64,000 nt of DNA, from contig CAZTNS010000002.1 of the NCBI GenBank assembly GCA_964615585.1, positions 625-64,624 on the forward strand, in the 5' to 3' direction. Positions within the stretch are counted from its first letter, which is position 1. The number at the start of each line of letters is the position of its first letter. Both the position numbers and the translations under genes were made by a program. Of the stretch, positions 33,009 to 44,131 are shown in pieces. Source of the stretch: an uncultured Bacteroidales bacterium (GTDB lineage Bacteria; Bacteroidota; Bacteroidia; Bacteroidales; ML635J-15). The notes under the pieces are model-generated. The model made no database searches, was not told where the DNA came from, and saw only the letters and a list, made by a program, of their open reading frames with translations.

Positions 33009-34235
33009 ATGGATTTTTCGGAATTAAATCTAAGCCATAAATTGCAGGAAGCCATTTCTTTCATGGGATTTACCAAAACCACGCAAATACAGGAACTGGC
33101 CATACCCATCATCATGAAAAGGAAGGACTTGATTGCAAGTGCACAGACAGGCACAGGCAAAACAGCTGCATTTGTATTGCCTTTGCTTGACATGATAAAC
33201 AAAAACAACACGCATAATAAAGTAAAAGCCTTGATAGTTGTTCCCACGCGGGAGCTTGCCATACAGATAGACCGCGACATACAGGGATTATCCTATTTTC
33301 TGCCGGTAACGTCGCTGCCTGTTTACGGTGGTGGTGACGGATCGGAATGGGGACAGGAAAGGAAAGCCCTTACTGATGGTGTAGATATTGTAATTGCGAC
33401 ACCCGGTAAATTACTGGCTCACATCAAACTTGGCTATGTTGATTTTAGCAGGCTTGAATATTATGTGCTTGACGAAGCTGATAAAATGCTGGACATGGGC
33501 TTTTATGAGGACATCATGCTCATAACCAATCAATTGCCAAACAAACGGCAAACCTTGATGTTTAGTGCCACCATGCCCCCCAATATCAAAAAAATGGCAC
33601 AAAAACTTCTACACGAGCCTGAAGAAATCAACATCAATTTATCAAAACCTGCCGAAGGGGTACTACAGGCTGTATATCCGGTCAATGACAAAGATAAAAT
33701 CCGTCTGATCCAAGAGTTGCTCGAAGGCAAAAAAGATTACAAACGCATTTTGATTTTTACAGCAACAAAAGCACAAGTAAATGAAATAGTCAGATCACTG
33801 AACAAAAAAGGCATGAATGCGCAGGGCATATCGTCGGATTTCGGACAAGATGAAAGGATAGACATACTGAATCGATTCAAAGCAGCCCGCATAAGGATTC
33901 TTGTTGCCACGGATGTATTAAGCCGGGGCATAGACATCAAAAATATAGACCTTATTATCAATTATGAAGTTCCAAGGGATGCCGAAGACTATGTACACAG
34001 GGTAGGAAGAACAGCCAGGGCTGAGACCACAGGGGTTGCTCTCACTCTTGCCAGTCCTGATCAGATGCGGGATTTTGATAAGATAGAGAAACTCATTGAA
34101 CAGAAAGTCCCAAAATTAAAGCTGCCCTTTGCCCCGGAGCAAACACCTGCATGGAACGTATCAAAAAAACAGTGGCATCGCGGTAAATCAAAAAACAAGC
34201 CATTCCGGAATAAGAAGAAAAAACCCCGGCGTTAA
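33009..34235 (+). CDS. DEAD-box ATP-dependent RNA helicase (RhlE-like)
   Basis: Motifs are a Q-motif region (FSELNLSHKLQEAISFMGFTKTTQIQ), motif I (AQTGTGKT), DEAD (VLDEADKM), SAT, and HRVGRTAR, with a basic C-terminal tail. The start is placed at MDFSEL (33009) rather than the track's 32976. Confidence 0.9.
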   Translation: MDFSELNLSHKLQEAISFMGFTKTTQIQELAIPIIMKRKDLIASAQTGTGKTAAFVLPLLDMINKNNTHNKVKALIVVPTRELAIQIDRDIQGLSYFLPVTSLPVYGGGDGSEWGQERKALTDGVDIVIATPGKLLAHIKLGYVDFSRLEYYVLDEADKMLDMGFYEDIMLITNQLPNKRQTLMFSATMPPNIKKMAQKLLHEPEEININLSKPAEGVLQAVYPVNDKDKIRLIQELLEGKKDYKRILIFTATKAQVNEIVRSLNKKGMNAQGISSDFGQDERIDILNRFKAARIRILVATDVLSRGIDIKNIDLIINYEVPRDAEDYVHRVGRTARAETTGVALTLASPDQMRDFDKIEKLIEQKVPKLKLPFAPEQTPAWNVSKKQWHRGKSKNKPFRNKKKKPRR

Positions 34236-34263
34236 AAAAAAACGCCCCGGTAACCGGAGCGTT
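34234..34263 (-). terminator. rho-independent terminator for gcvT (overlaps the stop of the convergent helicase gene)
   Basis: The minus strand reads AACGCTCCGG-TTA-CCGGGGCGTT followed by TTTTTTTT. That is 9 bp with one mismatch. Confidence 0.6.
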
Positions 34264-34269
34264 AAGGGG

Positions 34270-35391
34270 TTATTTTACTTCAGGCTTTTGGTCTTTGAAT
34301 ATCGGAGGTTTTACCACTTCGGCCTCAAGTTTTTTCCTGCGGACACCAATGTAAATTTTCGTACCTGATTTCCAGTATCCCTGTTTCAGATATGCCAATC
34401 CAATGCCGGTATGCATCATCGGGGACATTGTACCGCTTGTCACCTCTCCTATTTCTTCTCCTTCTTCGTTATATGCCTTGTAATGTTGTCTTGGTATTCC
34501 CCTTTCATTCATCACAAAAGCTTTTAGCATTGTTTCGGGTTTATCGGTTTTCAGTTTTTCATGGTAGTCACGCATGATGAAATCATTTCCATCCACAAAT
34601 TTTGTGGCCCAACCGAGTCCTGCTTCTATTGGTGAAGTGGTATCATCAATATCATTGCCATAAAGACACATTTTCATTTCCAGCCTCAATGTATCTCTGG
34701 CACCAAGGCCAATTGGTTTAATACCAAATTCTTTGCCGGCATCAAGCACAGCATTGTAGATTTTTTTTGCATCGGCATTTTTCATGTATATTTCACAACC
34801 TCCGGCGCCGGTATATCCTGTTGTTGACAGCACCACATCATCCACACCGGCAAACCTGAGCGTTTTGACTGTATAAAACTCCATGTCCATGATGTTTTCG
34901 TCTGTGAGTTTTTGCATGGCTTTTCTGGCATAGGGCCCCTGGACAGCAAGCAAACTGATGTCTCCGGATAAATCTTTCAGCTCATTGCCTACACTAAGGC
35001 CAAAAGGTTCAGCTTGTTTTTTACACCACGCCCAGTCTTTTTCAATGTTAGCGGCATTGACCACCAGCCAGTATTTATCCCCGGCAAAGCGATACACGAG
35101 AAAATCATCCACAATGCCACCTTTATCGTTTGGCATGCAGTTATACTGTACTTTCCCATCAACCATTGAGTTAACATCGTTGGATGAAATGCGCTGAATA
35201 AATGCTTTGGCTTTGGGTCCGCTGACTTCAAATTCACCCATGTGTGATACATCAAACACGCCAAGTTTTTCACGCACTGTCCGGTGTTCTGAAGTAATTC
35301 CTTCAAATTCTACGGGCATATTAAACCCGGCAAAAGGTACCATGCGCCCGCCCATGGATTTATGAACTTCTGTAAGAGCTGTATTTTTCAT
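34270..35391 (-). CDS. gcvT: glycine cleavage system aminomethyltransferase T
   Basis: 373 aa of full-length GcvT-like sequence (MKNTALTEVHKSMGGRMVPFAGFNMPVEFEG...VFDVSHMGEF...). Confidence 0.95.
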   Translation of the reverse strand: MKNTALTEVHKSMGGRMVPFAGFNMPVEFEGITSEHRTVREKLGVFDVSHMGEFEVSGPKAKAFIQRISSNDVNSMVDGKVQYNCMPNDKGGIVDDFLVYRFAGDKYWLVVNAANIEKDWAWCKKQAEPFGLSVGNELKDLSGDISLLAVQGPYARKAMQKLTDENIMDMEFYTVKTLRFAGVDDVVLSTTGYTGAGGCEIYMKNADAKKIYNAVLDAGKEFGIKPIGLGARDTLRLEMKMCLYGNDIDDTTSPIEAGLGWATKFVDGNDFIMRDYHEKLKTDKPETMLKAFVMNERGIPRQHYKAYNEEGEEIGEVTSGTMSPMMHTGIGLAYLKQGYWKSGTKIYIGVRRKKLEAEVVKPPIFKDQKPEVK

Positions 35392-35431
35392 ATAAAAACA
35401 AGATTTAAAGTAATTTATCTAAAAACAAGTG

Positions 35432-37438
35432 TTATTCATTTTCCAATACAGTAAATTCAACGCGCCGGTTGAGTTGTCTTCCTTTTTCAGTATCGTTATC
35501 AGCAATTGGTTGTTTAAACGCATATCCTTTGTACTTGAGACGATCCTTGTTGATGCCCTGTTTAACCAGGTATTCCACAACAGCCTTGGCTCTTTCCCGG
35601 GATAAATTCATGTTATATTCCATGCTGCCACGGTTATCCGTGTGTCCACTGATTTCAATCACCAGCTTTGGATTTTCATTCAATACGTCAATCACCTTAT
35701 TGAGTTCTGCATAGGAAGATTCACGGAGGGTAGCTTTATCGTAATCAAAAAAGATGTTTTTGAGAACAATTTTGGTGCCTACTTCAATGGGTTGTAAAAG
35801 CACCTCCTTTTTTACTTTTTCAAATTCCGATGTATCAGCAATATTAAAATTCTCTGAATGAAACATGTAGCCTTCTTTATTGACTGACAGGCCGTAGTTC
35901 TTACCGGACGGCAGGCTGGCCACAAATTTGCCCGTAGCTTCGTTGGAAGTCAAATCGACAATTTTTTCATTTTTTTCATTGTCCACAATTTCAATTTTGG
36001 CTTTTAAAGGCTCCATGGTTTTTGCATCTTTTACAAAGCCTGTAAAGAGGGTCAGCCTGGCAGTAACTTGTTTTTCTTCCTCTTCTTCCACTTCTTTCTC
36101 GGGATACAGGATTTGGTAGATATCGTAAGACCCGTATCCGTCCGGGCGCACTGAACTAATGTAGGCGTGTCTGCCATCAGCAGCAATCGAGAAAAAAGCT
36201 TCATTATCAGGTGTATTAATGGGATATCCCAGATTTACAGGCGCAGACCAGTTTCCATTGGTATCTTTCACCGACCTGAAAATATCAAAACCACCCATTG
36301 AATTGTGTCCCTGTGAACAAAAATACAAGGTTCTTCCATCGGGATGTATAAGCACGCCCTCTTCGTCATATTCTGTATTGATAACGGGACCTATATTTAC
36401 CGGCTCTGACCAGCTACCCCAAGTTTCCTTTTTACTGACAAATATATCACGGCCGCCAAAATTTCCACTGGGCCTGTTTGATACAATGTACATGGTTTTC
36501 CCATCGTATGAAACACTCACTTTTGATTCATGATACTCAGTGTTTATAGGTTCACCAAGCGATTCAGGGTTACTCCAATTGTTACCATCTTGTTCTGTAA
36601 TAAAGATATCGCCTCCTTTTTCGGTCTGCGCTTTATAAACATACATGACTTGCCCGTCGGTGGATACTCCACTGATAGCGTCATGACCTTTGGTATTGAT
36701 GGGAGATTTAAAGCGTTTTGCTCTTGACCAGGTGCCATCGTCATTCTTATCAGCATACCAAACATCTTCACAGTATTGCCCATCAACGTTATCAATAGGA
36801 TTGCCAATATATTTTCGCCTGGAAGTAAATAATATCCTTGAGCCATCAGCAAGGATCATGGGATTATATTCCGGATACTCTGTATTAATTTTTTCTCCCA
36901 AATTGGTGATTTTAACATCCACAGTATCTTTAAGCAATTTTATGCCATTACGGCACTCCGTAATGCGCTTATTGACTTTGTTTTTTTTATCCTTGCCCAT
37001 TTTTGGGAACTTTGATCTATAAGAAGAGTAGGCTTTTATTGCATCCTGAAAATTATAATTCAACTGACGTGCATGTCCCAACTTAAGGAGTAACTCATCT
37101 TCATCCATGCTGTCGCTGTCCAATTTATATGCCTTTTCCAGATAGGGCAATGCTTTTGTTTTTGCAACCGATTGGAGGTAAGCACTCCCGATTTTATAAT
37201 TCAATTCTGCATTATCAGGATTGAATTCCTGGGCTTTCTGATAATGATCAATGGCTTTCTGCGGATCATTATCTTTTTCCATTGCTTTATCACCATAACG
37301 TATCTGCCTTTTTGCTGACCTTAGTTCATTCTTACGGTCAGGGAAATCAGACCGTTTAAACTTAATGTTTTCCTGGGCTAATCCTGAGATTAGAAATAGG
37401 AATAAGCCCACAACAAGCAACCCGATTTTTTTGTTCAT
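35432..37438 (-). CDS. OmpA-family protein with TPR and PD40 repeats (paralog 2)
   Basis: 668 aa with the same architecture as 29753-31732. It has INTEYPEYNP/INTKGHD/INTEYHES/INTEYDEEG/INTPDNE PD40 units and a C-terminal GHTDNRGSMEYNMNLSRERAKAV...NRRVEF. Confidence 0.8.
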   Translation of the reverse strand: MNKKIGLLVVGLFLFLISGLAQENIKFKRSDFPDRKNELRSAKRQIRYGDKAMEKDNDPQKAIDHYQKAQEFNPDNAELNYKIGSAYLQSVAKTKALPYLEKAYKLDSDSMDEDELLLKLGHARQLNYNFQDAIKAYSSYRSKFPKMGKDKKNKVNKRITECRNGIKLLKDTVDVKITNLGEKINTEYPEYNPMILADGSRILFTSRRKYIGNPIDNVDGQYCEDVWYADKNDDGTWSRAKRFKSPINTKGHDAISGVSTDGQVMYVYKAQTEKGGDIFITEQDGNNWSNPESLGEPINTEYHESKVSVSYDGKTMYIVSNRPSGNFGGRDIFVSKKETWGSWSEPVNIGPVINTEYDEEGVLIHPDGRTLYFCSQGHNSMGGFDIFRSVKDTNGNWSAPVNLGYPINTPDNEAFFSIAADGRHAYISSVRPDGYGSYDIYQILYPEKEVEEEEEKQVTARLTLFTGFVKDAKTMEPLKAKIEIVDNEKNEKIVDLTSNEATGKFVASLPSGKNYGLSVNKEGYMFHSENFNIADTSEFEKVKKEVLLQPIEVGTKIVLKNIFFDYDKATLRESSYAELNKVIDVLNENPKLVIEISGHTDNRGSMEYNMNLSRERAKAVVEYLVKQGINKDRLKYKGYAFKQPIADNDTEKGRQLNRRVEFTVLENE

Positions 37439-37449
37439 AATGATTCAAG

Positions 37450-39555
37450 TTAATTAACACTGAGTACTTTAAATTCCACCCTCCTGTTATTTTGCCTACC
37501 TTCATCAGTATCATTTGTATCAATGGGTTTTAGATAAGCATATCCTTTATATTCAAGCCTGTCTTTATCAATTCCCATGTTTTCGAGGTAATCAACAACA
37601 GCTTTGGCGCGTGCCTCAGAAAGTTCGGTATTGTATTTCAGGGACCCTCTGTTATCGGTATGTCCACCAATTTCGATGCGCATATCCTTATAATTTTCAA
37701 GCAGTTTATGCAGCCTTTCCAGTTCAGGATAAGACTCGGGTCTGAGTGTTGCTTTATCATAATCAAAGAAAATGTTCTTCAATACAATTTTTGAACCTAC
37801 CCCTACCTTACTGAGTACAATATCCTTAATAACTTCCTGATATCCTTTGGCTGCAGGGATATTAAAGTTTTCAGAATGAAACAGATAACCTTCTGCCTTT
37901 ACACTGATACCATAATTTTTTCCGGATGGCAATGATACCATGTATTTACCAGTGCTGGAATTTGAGTTTGTAACGTTAATGACTTCATTTTTCTCGTTAT
38001 CCACGATTTCAATTTCTGCCCTGATGGGCATTTCGGAAATGGCATCTGTAACTGTTCCTTTGAGCAATGTCAGCCGCACGGTTTTCACGTCCACTTCATC
38101 AGCCACAATCTTATCACTGATAGTTGAACTAAGGCTTGCAATCAATTTATCTTCTGTACCATGAACCATAAGCTTTTCAGGTCCCAGAAAAGTGATGCGG
38201 TAAATATCCTGTCCGCCATATCCTGACTCCCGGACAGTGCTATAATAACCAAATCGGCCTGAACCTGCCATAACAAAGAAAACATCCTGGTCTGGTGTGT
38301 TTATAGGATAACCAAGATTTACAGGCTCCGACCAGCTGCCTTCTTCATCTTTTTCAGAATAAAATATGTCATATTCTCCCATGCTACTGTGGCCTTCAGA
38401 GCTAAAATAAATGGTTCTGCCGTCTGCATGAATAAAGCAGGCTTCTTCGTTGTGCTCAGTATTGATTGTTGGGCCGATATTTTTCACTTTTCCCCACTTA
38501 CCTTTCTCTGTTTTCTCACAATAGTATATGTCCTTATCACCATAAGATTCCTGGCCATAATCATCCTTTTTCCTGTCGCTTACAAAATAAAGGTATTTTC
38601 CGTCGGGAGACACGGAAGCACTTGTTTCATGATATTTTGTATTGATATGTTTGGACATTTCTTCCGGTTCTGACCATTCGTCTCCTTCAAGTTTGCTTTC
38701 CATAATCGTACCGGTTGGAGTTCCATTGTATGTAAAAAGTATCTGTCCATCATATGAAAGGCCAATAGAGGCATCGTGCCCATCCGTATTGAGATCACGC
38801 ATGTTGGTGGCATTGGTCCATCTCCCCTGCTTATCCTTCACTGACATATAAAGGTCTTCGTAATATTGAAAATCTTTGGGATCACGTTCCCCTCCGGTGG
38901 TTACTTCTCTGCGTGATGTAAATATTATCATGGATTCATCTGCCGTAATAACCGGTCCATATTCGGGATATTTAGTATTGATAGCAGGCCCCAGGTTATC
39001 AACAAACACCCTGATGGGATTGTTATAGAATTTTTTGGCATTATTACACTGTTCAATTCTTTGCCGGGCTTTGTCAATGATGGCTTCATCATAATCAGAA
39101 TCACCTGTACCCTGATATGTGTTTATGAACTTATTTATTGTTTCAATGGCTTTATCAAATTTGTAATTATAATGGTAAGCCCGTCCAAGCATGTAGAGAA
39201 TATCGTATGCCACAGCCTGGTCTTTCTGATAAGCTTTTTCAAGTACTTCAATCGCTTTATCGACTTTCTTATCAGCCATATAACACGCACCCAGCTTATA
39301 ATTAAGGGGTGGATAATTTCTGTTATAAGCAGCAGCTTCTTTATAATAAGGCAATGCCCTTTTTAAAGCTCCCTTGGACTTATTGGCATAAAAATCATCT
39401 GCTTCCTTAATGGCTTTCCATGCATCTCTGAAACCTGATTTACGGTGTTTAAAATCACGCTTGCTTATATCGACATCAACCTGGGCAACAGACAAAAATG
39501 GGCACATTAAAATCCCCCCAAGCAATACCAATAATAATATTTTTATTTTTTTCAT
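37450..39555 (-). CDS. OmpA-family protein with TPR and PD40 repeats (paralog 3)
   Basis: 701 aa, collinear with 35432-37438, including near-identical blocks (KIVLKNIFFDYDKATLR, GHTDNRGS..YN..LS.(E)RAKAVV.YL). Confidence 0.8.
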   Translation of the reverse strand: MKKIKILLLVLLGGILMCPFLSVAQVDVDISKRDFKHRKSGFRDAWKAIKEADDFYANKSKGALKRALPYYKEAAAYNRNYPPLNYKLGACYMADKKVDKAIEVLEKAYQKDQAVAYDILYMLGRAYHYNYKFDKAIETINKFINTYQGTGDSDYDEAIIDKARQRIEQCNNAKKFYNNPIRVFVDNLGPAINTKYPEYGPVITADESMIIFTSRREVTTGGERDPKDFQYYEDLYMSVKDKQGRWTNATNMRDLNTDGHDASIGLSYDGQILFTYNGTPTGTIMESKLEGDEWSEPEEMSKHINTKYHETSASVSPDGKYLYFVSDRKKDDYGQESYGDKDIYYCEKTEKGKWGKVKNIGPTINTEHNEEACFIHADGRTIYFSSEGHSSMGEYDIFYSEKDEEGSWSEPVNLGYPINTPDQDVFFVMAGSGRFGYYSTVRESGYGGQDIYRITFLGPEKLMVHGTEDKLIASLSSTISDKIVADEVDVKTVRLTLLKGTVTDAISEMPIRAEIEIVDNEKNEVINVTNSNSSTGKYMVSLPSGKNYGISVKAEGYLFHSENFNIPAAKGYQEVIKDIVLSKVGVGSKIVLKNIFFDYDKATLRPESYPELERLHKLLENYKDMRIEIGGHTDNRGSLKYNTELSEARAKAVVDYLENMGIDKDRLEYKGYAYLKPIDTNDTDEGRQNNRRVEFKVLSVN

Positions 39556-39573
39556 AATTCACATAATTTTTAA

Positions 39574-40731
39574 TTAATCACAATACATTAAATATGATTC
39601 AGCTTGTTCCACACCTAGTTCAAGGGCTTTTTTCCAGTCTTCACAAGCCCCTTCAAAATTTCTCATCATTTCTTTGGCATTTCCCCTGTGAAGGTATGCA
39701 TATGCATAATCAGGATCCAGTGCAATCGCTTTTGTGTATGCACTGACTGCTTTATCATATTCTTCTAGTTGATAATAAACCAAACCTATATTATTGTGGG
39801 CATAAGCATAATCCCTGTCAATATATAAAACTTCTTCAAAATCTTTCAGGGCCTCTTCATGGTTTTCTTTCTCATATTTGGCAATGCCCCGGTTATTTAT
39901 AGCAACCAAATAATCCCGGTCAATTTCAAGGGCAGCATCATAATCTGCAATGGCTTTATCGTATTCTTCCATGATGCGATACACACTTCCTCTGTTTGAA
40001 TAATACATGGGATTGTCGTCATCATATTTTATTGCCTTGTTATAATCGCTGACTGCTTTTTCATACTCATCGAGTTGACGGTATGTACTGGCTCTGTCAT
40101 TAAAAATCATCGCATTCTTTTTGTCATTCTTCAAAGCATGGTCAAAATATTTAAGTGCCTGATCATATTCTTCGTTCATAAACGAAATCACCCCAAGATA
40201 ATAATCCATTTTGGGATTTTCAAATCCCATTTCTTTGGCTTTCAGTAATTTTTTCTCAGCTTCAGTATATTCCTCCTGTCTCATTGCAATGATCCCCAAC
40301 ATATAATAAGCTGATTCAATATCAGGATTGAGTTCAGTGGTTTTTTCAAGGTCACTTTTTGCCAATTCAAGCTTATCCCACTGAAAATAAGCAGATCCCC
40401 GGTTCAGATAAGCTTGTTCAAAATCCGGGTTTAAAATGATGGCTTCATTAAATTTACTTATGGCCTGTTGATACATTTCTGCTTTTAAAAGATCAACACC
40501 CGCGTTGTATTCAAGCTGCGCTTCCTGGCCTTCTTCTGCAACGACACTATCACTTCGTGTGGTATCCACAACAACTTTTGTTGGCACCACTACCTTGTTT
40601 TGAGCAGTATCACTTTCGGTCTCATTTTGGGCAAAAGACTTCCCTGTCATGCAAAGCACGATAAAGAAAAGCAGGATTAATTTGTGTATTGTTTTCATAC
40701 ATCTTGATTTTATATTATGATAATCTAACAT
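39574..40731 (-). CDS. tetratricopeptide repeat protein
   Basis: 385 aa with about 8 consecutive TPR units (AYxNRGxxYxxxxxYdKAIxDYxKAIxxDP). The probable true start is MKTIHKLILLFF (40698), which gives a signal peptide. Confidence 0.75.
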   Translation of the reverse strand: MLDYHNIKSRCMKTIHKLILLFFIVLCMTGKSFAQNETESDTAQNKVVVPTKVVVDTTRSDSVVAEEGQEAQLEYNAGVDLLKAEMYQQAISKFNEAIILNPDFEQAYLNRGSAYFQWDKLELAKSDLEKTTELNPDIESAYYMLGIIAMRQEEYTEAEKKLLKAKEMGFENPKMDYYLGVISFMNEEYDQALKYFDHALKNDKKNAMIFNDRASTYRQLDEYEKAVSDYNKAIKYDDDNPMYYSNRGSVYRIMEEYDKAIADYDAALEIDRDYLVAINNRGIAKYEKENHEEALKDFEEVLYIDRDYAYAHNNIGLVYYQLEEYDKAVSAYTKAIALDPDYAYAYLHRGNAKEMMRNFEGACEDWKKALELGVEQAESYLMYCD

Positions 40732-40765
40732 TTAATTACACTTTTTTCGAGATCAAATATCATGC

Positions 40766-43700
40766 CTATGGCAATGCTTCGGCACCAGGCATTCCATGAC
40801 AATTTTTATATTTTTTTCCGCTACCGCAAGGGCACGGATCATTTCGTCCGACTTTTTTTGCTACCCGTACCGGTTCAGCTTTTTGTTTTGCTTTGGATGG
40901 ATCATTATAACCCGGGTCTTGTCTTCCGGCTTTCATATTACGGGTATCCAGTTTACGGCGATTTTCAGCTTCTTTTACTTCATCAGGGTCTTCAATGGGA
41001 ATTTGTCCTTTCATAAGCACAGAAACTACCGACCTGTTAATCCTGTTAAGCAAACTTTTAAATAAATCATACGATTCCAGCTTATAAATCAACAAAGGAT
41101 CTTTTTGTTCATAAGATGCATTTTGCACTGATTGTCGCAGATCATCCATTTCCCTAAGGTGTTCTTTCCACATTTCATCAATAGACGCCAGAACAACAGT
41201 TTTATCGTACGAATTAACTACCTCACGGCCTTTGGTTTCGTAAGCTTTTTCAAGGTTGACTATCACCTTGAAAGTTTTGGAGCCATCTGTTACAGGAACG
41301 ACAATATTTTTATAAACGGCAGCTTGGGTTTTATACACATGTTGAATAACAGGTAGAGCCTGTTCCGCAATACGATTAACCTGTTGTTTATGTGTTTCCA
41401 CCACTTTTTCATAAAGTAAATCAACAAGCTCGGTGGGTTTTTTTGCTTTAAAATCATCTTCGTCAAAAGGAGCTTCAATGGAAAGATTCCTCAATAAATC
41501 CAGTTGGAAATCTGCAAATTCAGAAATACCATGATGTTCATCAATCAGAGCAGTACACAGGTCGAACATCATATTGGCAATATCAACCCCCAGTCTTTCA
41601 CCATCAAGAGCGTGTCTGCGCTTTTTGTAAATCACCGTACGCTGGGCATTCATCACGTCATCGTATTCGAGCAATCTTTTACGAACGCCAAAACTGTTTT
41701 CTTCAACTTTTTTCTGAGCCCTCTCAATGGAACGGGAAATCATTTTATGTTGAATGGTTTCACCTTCCTTTACCCCCATCCTGTCCATAAGTTTAGAAAT
41801 ACGATCGGAACCAAACAGTCGCATGAGATCATCTTCCAGGGAAACATAAAATTGTGAAGAACCGGGGTCCCCTTGTCGCCCGGCCCTACCCCTTAACTGG
41901 CGATCAACCCGACGGGAATCATGCCTGGCAGTACCAATAATAGCCAGTCCTCCGGCTTTTTTCACTTCATTGCTGATCTTAATGTCTGTTCCTCGCCCTG
42001 CCATATTGGTGGCAATGGTAACAGCACTTTTCCTGCCTGCTTCTGCTACAATGGCTGCTTCTCGTTTGTGCAATTTTGCATTTAACACATTGTGCTTAAT
42101 CCCACGCCGGTTAAGCATGCGGCTGAGAATTTCAGATATATCAACAGAGGTTGTCCCAACAAGCACAGGTCTGCCGATTTTAGTTAACTCAACAATATCA
42201 TCAATGGCTGCCTGGTATTTTTCGCGTTTTGTTTTATAAACCAGGTCTTGTTTATCATCACGGATCACAGGTTCATTTGTAGGGATCACCACAACATCAA
42301 GTTTATAAATATCCCAAAACTCTCCGGCTTCAGTTTCAGCAGTACCAGTCATACCCGACAATTTATGATACATTCTGAAATAATTCTGCAGTGTAATGGT
42401 AGCATGTGTCTGTGTTGCAGCTTCCACGGTTACATTTTCCTTGGCTTCAATGGCCTGGTGTAAACCATCAGAATACCTTCTTCCTTCCATGATCCTGCCG
42501 GTTTGCTCATCCACAATTTTTACTTTATTTTCCATCACCACGTACTCAACATCTTTTTCAAAAAGTGTATATGCTTTTAATAATTGGTTGATGGTATGCA
42601 CCCGCTCAGATTTATTTGAAAAATCAGCAATCATTGAAGATTTTTTCTCAGCTTTTTCTTTTGGATCAGAATATTGTTTTTCGATTTTTGCAATTTCGGA
42701 GCCAATATCAGGAAGGATAAAAAAGGAGGGGTCTTCACCTGACTCGGCAAGAATATCATAACCTTTATCTGTGATCTCAACAGCATTTTGTTTTTCATCA
42801 ATCACAAAATACAGGTCATCGGTCACTTTATGCATATGTTTGGAATTATCCTGCATGTAATAATTCTCGGTTTTTTGCATGAGGGTTTTTATGCCTTCCT
42901 CAGAAAGAAATTTAATTAAAGGTTTGTATTTGGGCAAAGCTTTATAAACCTGGAGCAACTTAAATCCTCCTTTTTCCCGGTTTCCTTCTGAGATCAGTTT
43001 TTTTGATTCGTTAAGCAATGATGTAGCCAGTGCTCGTTGTGAATTATACAGTCGTTTGACCACATCTTTATACTGGTCAAACAATTGATCCTGTGTTTGG
43101 GATGTGGGGCCGGAAATAATCAATGGTGTTCTGGCATCGTCGATGAGTACAGAATCCACCTCATCTACAATGGAAAAATTATGCCTTCTCTGCACTTGAT
43201 CTTCAAGGCTCAGGGCCATGTTATCCCTCAGGTAATCGAAGCCAAACTCGTTGTTTGTACCATAGGTAATATCGGCATTGTAGGCTTTTCTTCGTTCAAT
43301 AGAATTTGGTTGATGCTTGTCAATACAATCAACGGAAAATCCATGGAACTGAAAAACCGGCCCCATCCATTCTGCATCCCTTTTGGCCAGATAATCATTA
43401 ACAGTAACCAAATGGGTGCCTCTTCCTGTCAGGGCATTCAGATAAAGCGGCAAAGTAGCTGCCAGGGTTTTTCCCTCCCCTGTGGCCATCTCGGCAATTT
43501 TTCCATGATGCAATACTATCCCGCCGATAAGCTGCACATCATAATGTACCATATCCCAGACAATTTCATTGCCTCCTGCCTTCCAACTGTTGAAATAAAC
43601 AGCTTTATCACCTCGTATTTCAATAAAATCATTGCCGGGAGCCAGTTGTTTATCAAACTCTGAAGCAGTAACAATAACTTCTTCATTTTCCTTAAACCGC

Positions 43701-44056
43701 CTTGCAGTTTCTTTTACAACAGCAAACGCTTCGGGTAACAATTCATCTAATACATCCTCTATTTTATCATCAATTTCATTTTCAATTAAATCAATTTCAT
43801 CATAGAGTGCTTCACGTTCATAAATATCTTTTGTGTAGGCTTCCTTTTTCAGCGAATCAATTCTGTCATAATCTGTTGCAACAAAATCTGATATTTTTTG
43901 TTTCAGCTTAACGGTTCTTGCCCGTAAGGCATCATTATCTTCACCATGAAGATCATCATATACTTCCAGAATTTTTTCAACAAGAGGTTGATTATCTTTG
44001 AGATCACGTTCAGCTTTTGAACCAAACATATTTTTCAGCACACTGGTAATTCCCAT
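40766..44056 (-). CDS. secA: preprotein translocase ATPase SecA
   Basis: 1096 aa of full-length SecA, including the DEAD-motor motifs (MATGEGKTL...) and the C-terminal zinc-binding tail [14 protein letters not shown]. Confidence 0.97.
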   Translation of the reverse strand: MGITSVLKNMFGSKAERDLKDNQPLVEKILEVYDDLHGEDNDALRARTVKLKQKISDFVATDYDRIDSLKKEAYTKDIYEREALYDEIDLIENEIDDKIEDVLDELLPEAFAVVKETARRFKENEEVIVTASEFDKQLAPGNDFIEIRGDKAVYFNSWKAGGNEIVWDMVHYDVQLIGGIVLHHGKIAEMATGEGKTLAATLPLYLNALTGRGTHLVTVNDYLAKRDAEWMGPVFQFHGFSVDCIDKHQPNSIERRKAYNADITYGTNNEFGFDYLRDNMALSLEDQVQRRHNFSIVDEVDSVLIDDARTPLIISGPTSQTQDQLFDQYKDVVKRLYNSQRALATSLLNESKKLISEGNREKGGFKLLQVYKALPKYKPLIKFLSEEGIKTLMQKTENYYMQDNSKHMHKVTDDLYFVIDEKQNAVEITDKGYDILAESGEDPSFFILPDIGSEIAKIEKQYSDPKEKAEKKSSMIADFSNKSERVHTINQLLKAYTLFEKDVEYVVMENKVKIVDEQTGRIMEGRRYSDGLHQAIEAKENVTVEAATQTHATITLQNYFRMYHKLSGMTGTAETEAGEFWDIYKLDVVVIPTNEPVIRDDKQDLVYKTKREKYQAAIDDIVELTKIGRPVLVGTTSVDISEILSRMLNRRGIKHNVLNAKLHKREAAIVAEAGRKSAVTIATNMAGRGTDIKISNEVKKAGGLAIIGTARHDSRRVDRQLRGRAGRQGDPGSSQFYVSLEDDLMRLFGSDRISKLMDRMGVKEGETIQHKMISRSIERAQKKVEENSFGVRKRLLEYDDVMNAQRTVIYKKRRHALDGERLGVDIANMMFDLCTALIDEHHGISEFADFQLDLLRNLSIEAPFDEDDFKAKKPTELVDLLYEKVVETHKQQVNRIAEQALPVIQHVYKTQAAVYKNIVVPVTDGSKTFKVIVNLEKAYETKGREVVNSYDKTVVLASIDEMWKEHLREMDDLRQSVQNASYEQKDPLLIYKLESYDLFKSLLNRINRSVVSVLMKGQIPIEDPDEVKEAENRRKLDTRNMKAGRQDPGYNDPSKAKQKAEPVRVAKKVGRNDPCPCGSGKKYKNCHGMPGAEALP

Positions 44057-44131
44057 TATCTAGTCTTTATTAAAATTATTTCACACAAAATTAATCAAAT
44101 AAAAACATAATTAAAATGAAAAATGGAATAA

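Noticed and set aside
35392-35431. An expected glycine riboswitch upstream of gcvT.
   Set aside because: Only about 40 nt separate gcvT from the upstream gene, which leaves no room for the tandem-aptamer structure, and no conserved motif is visible.
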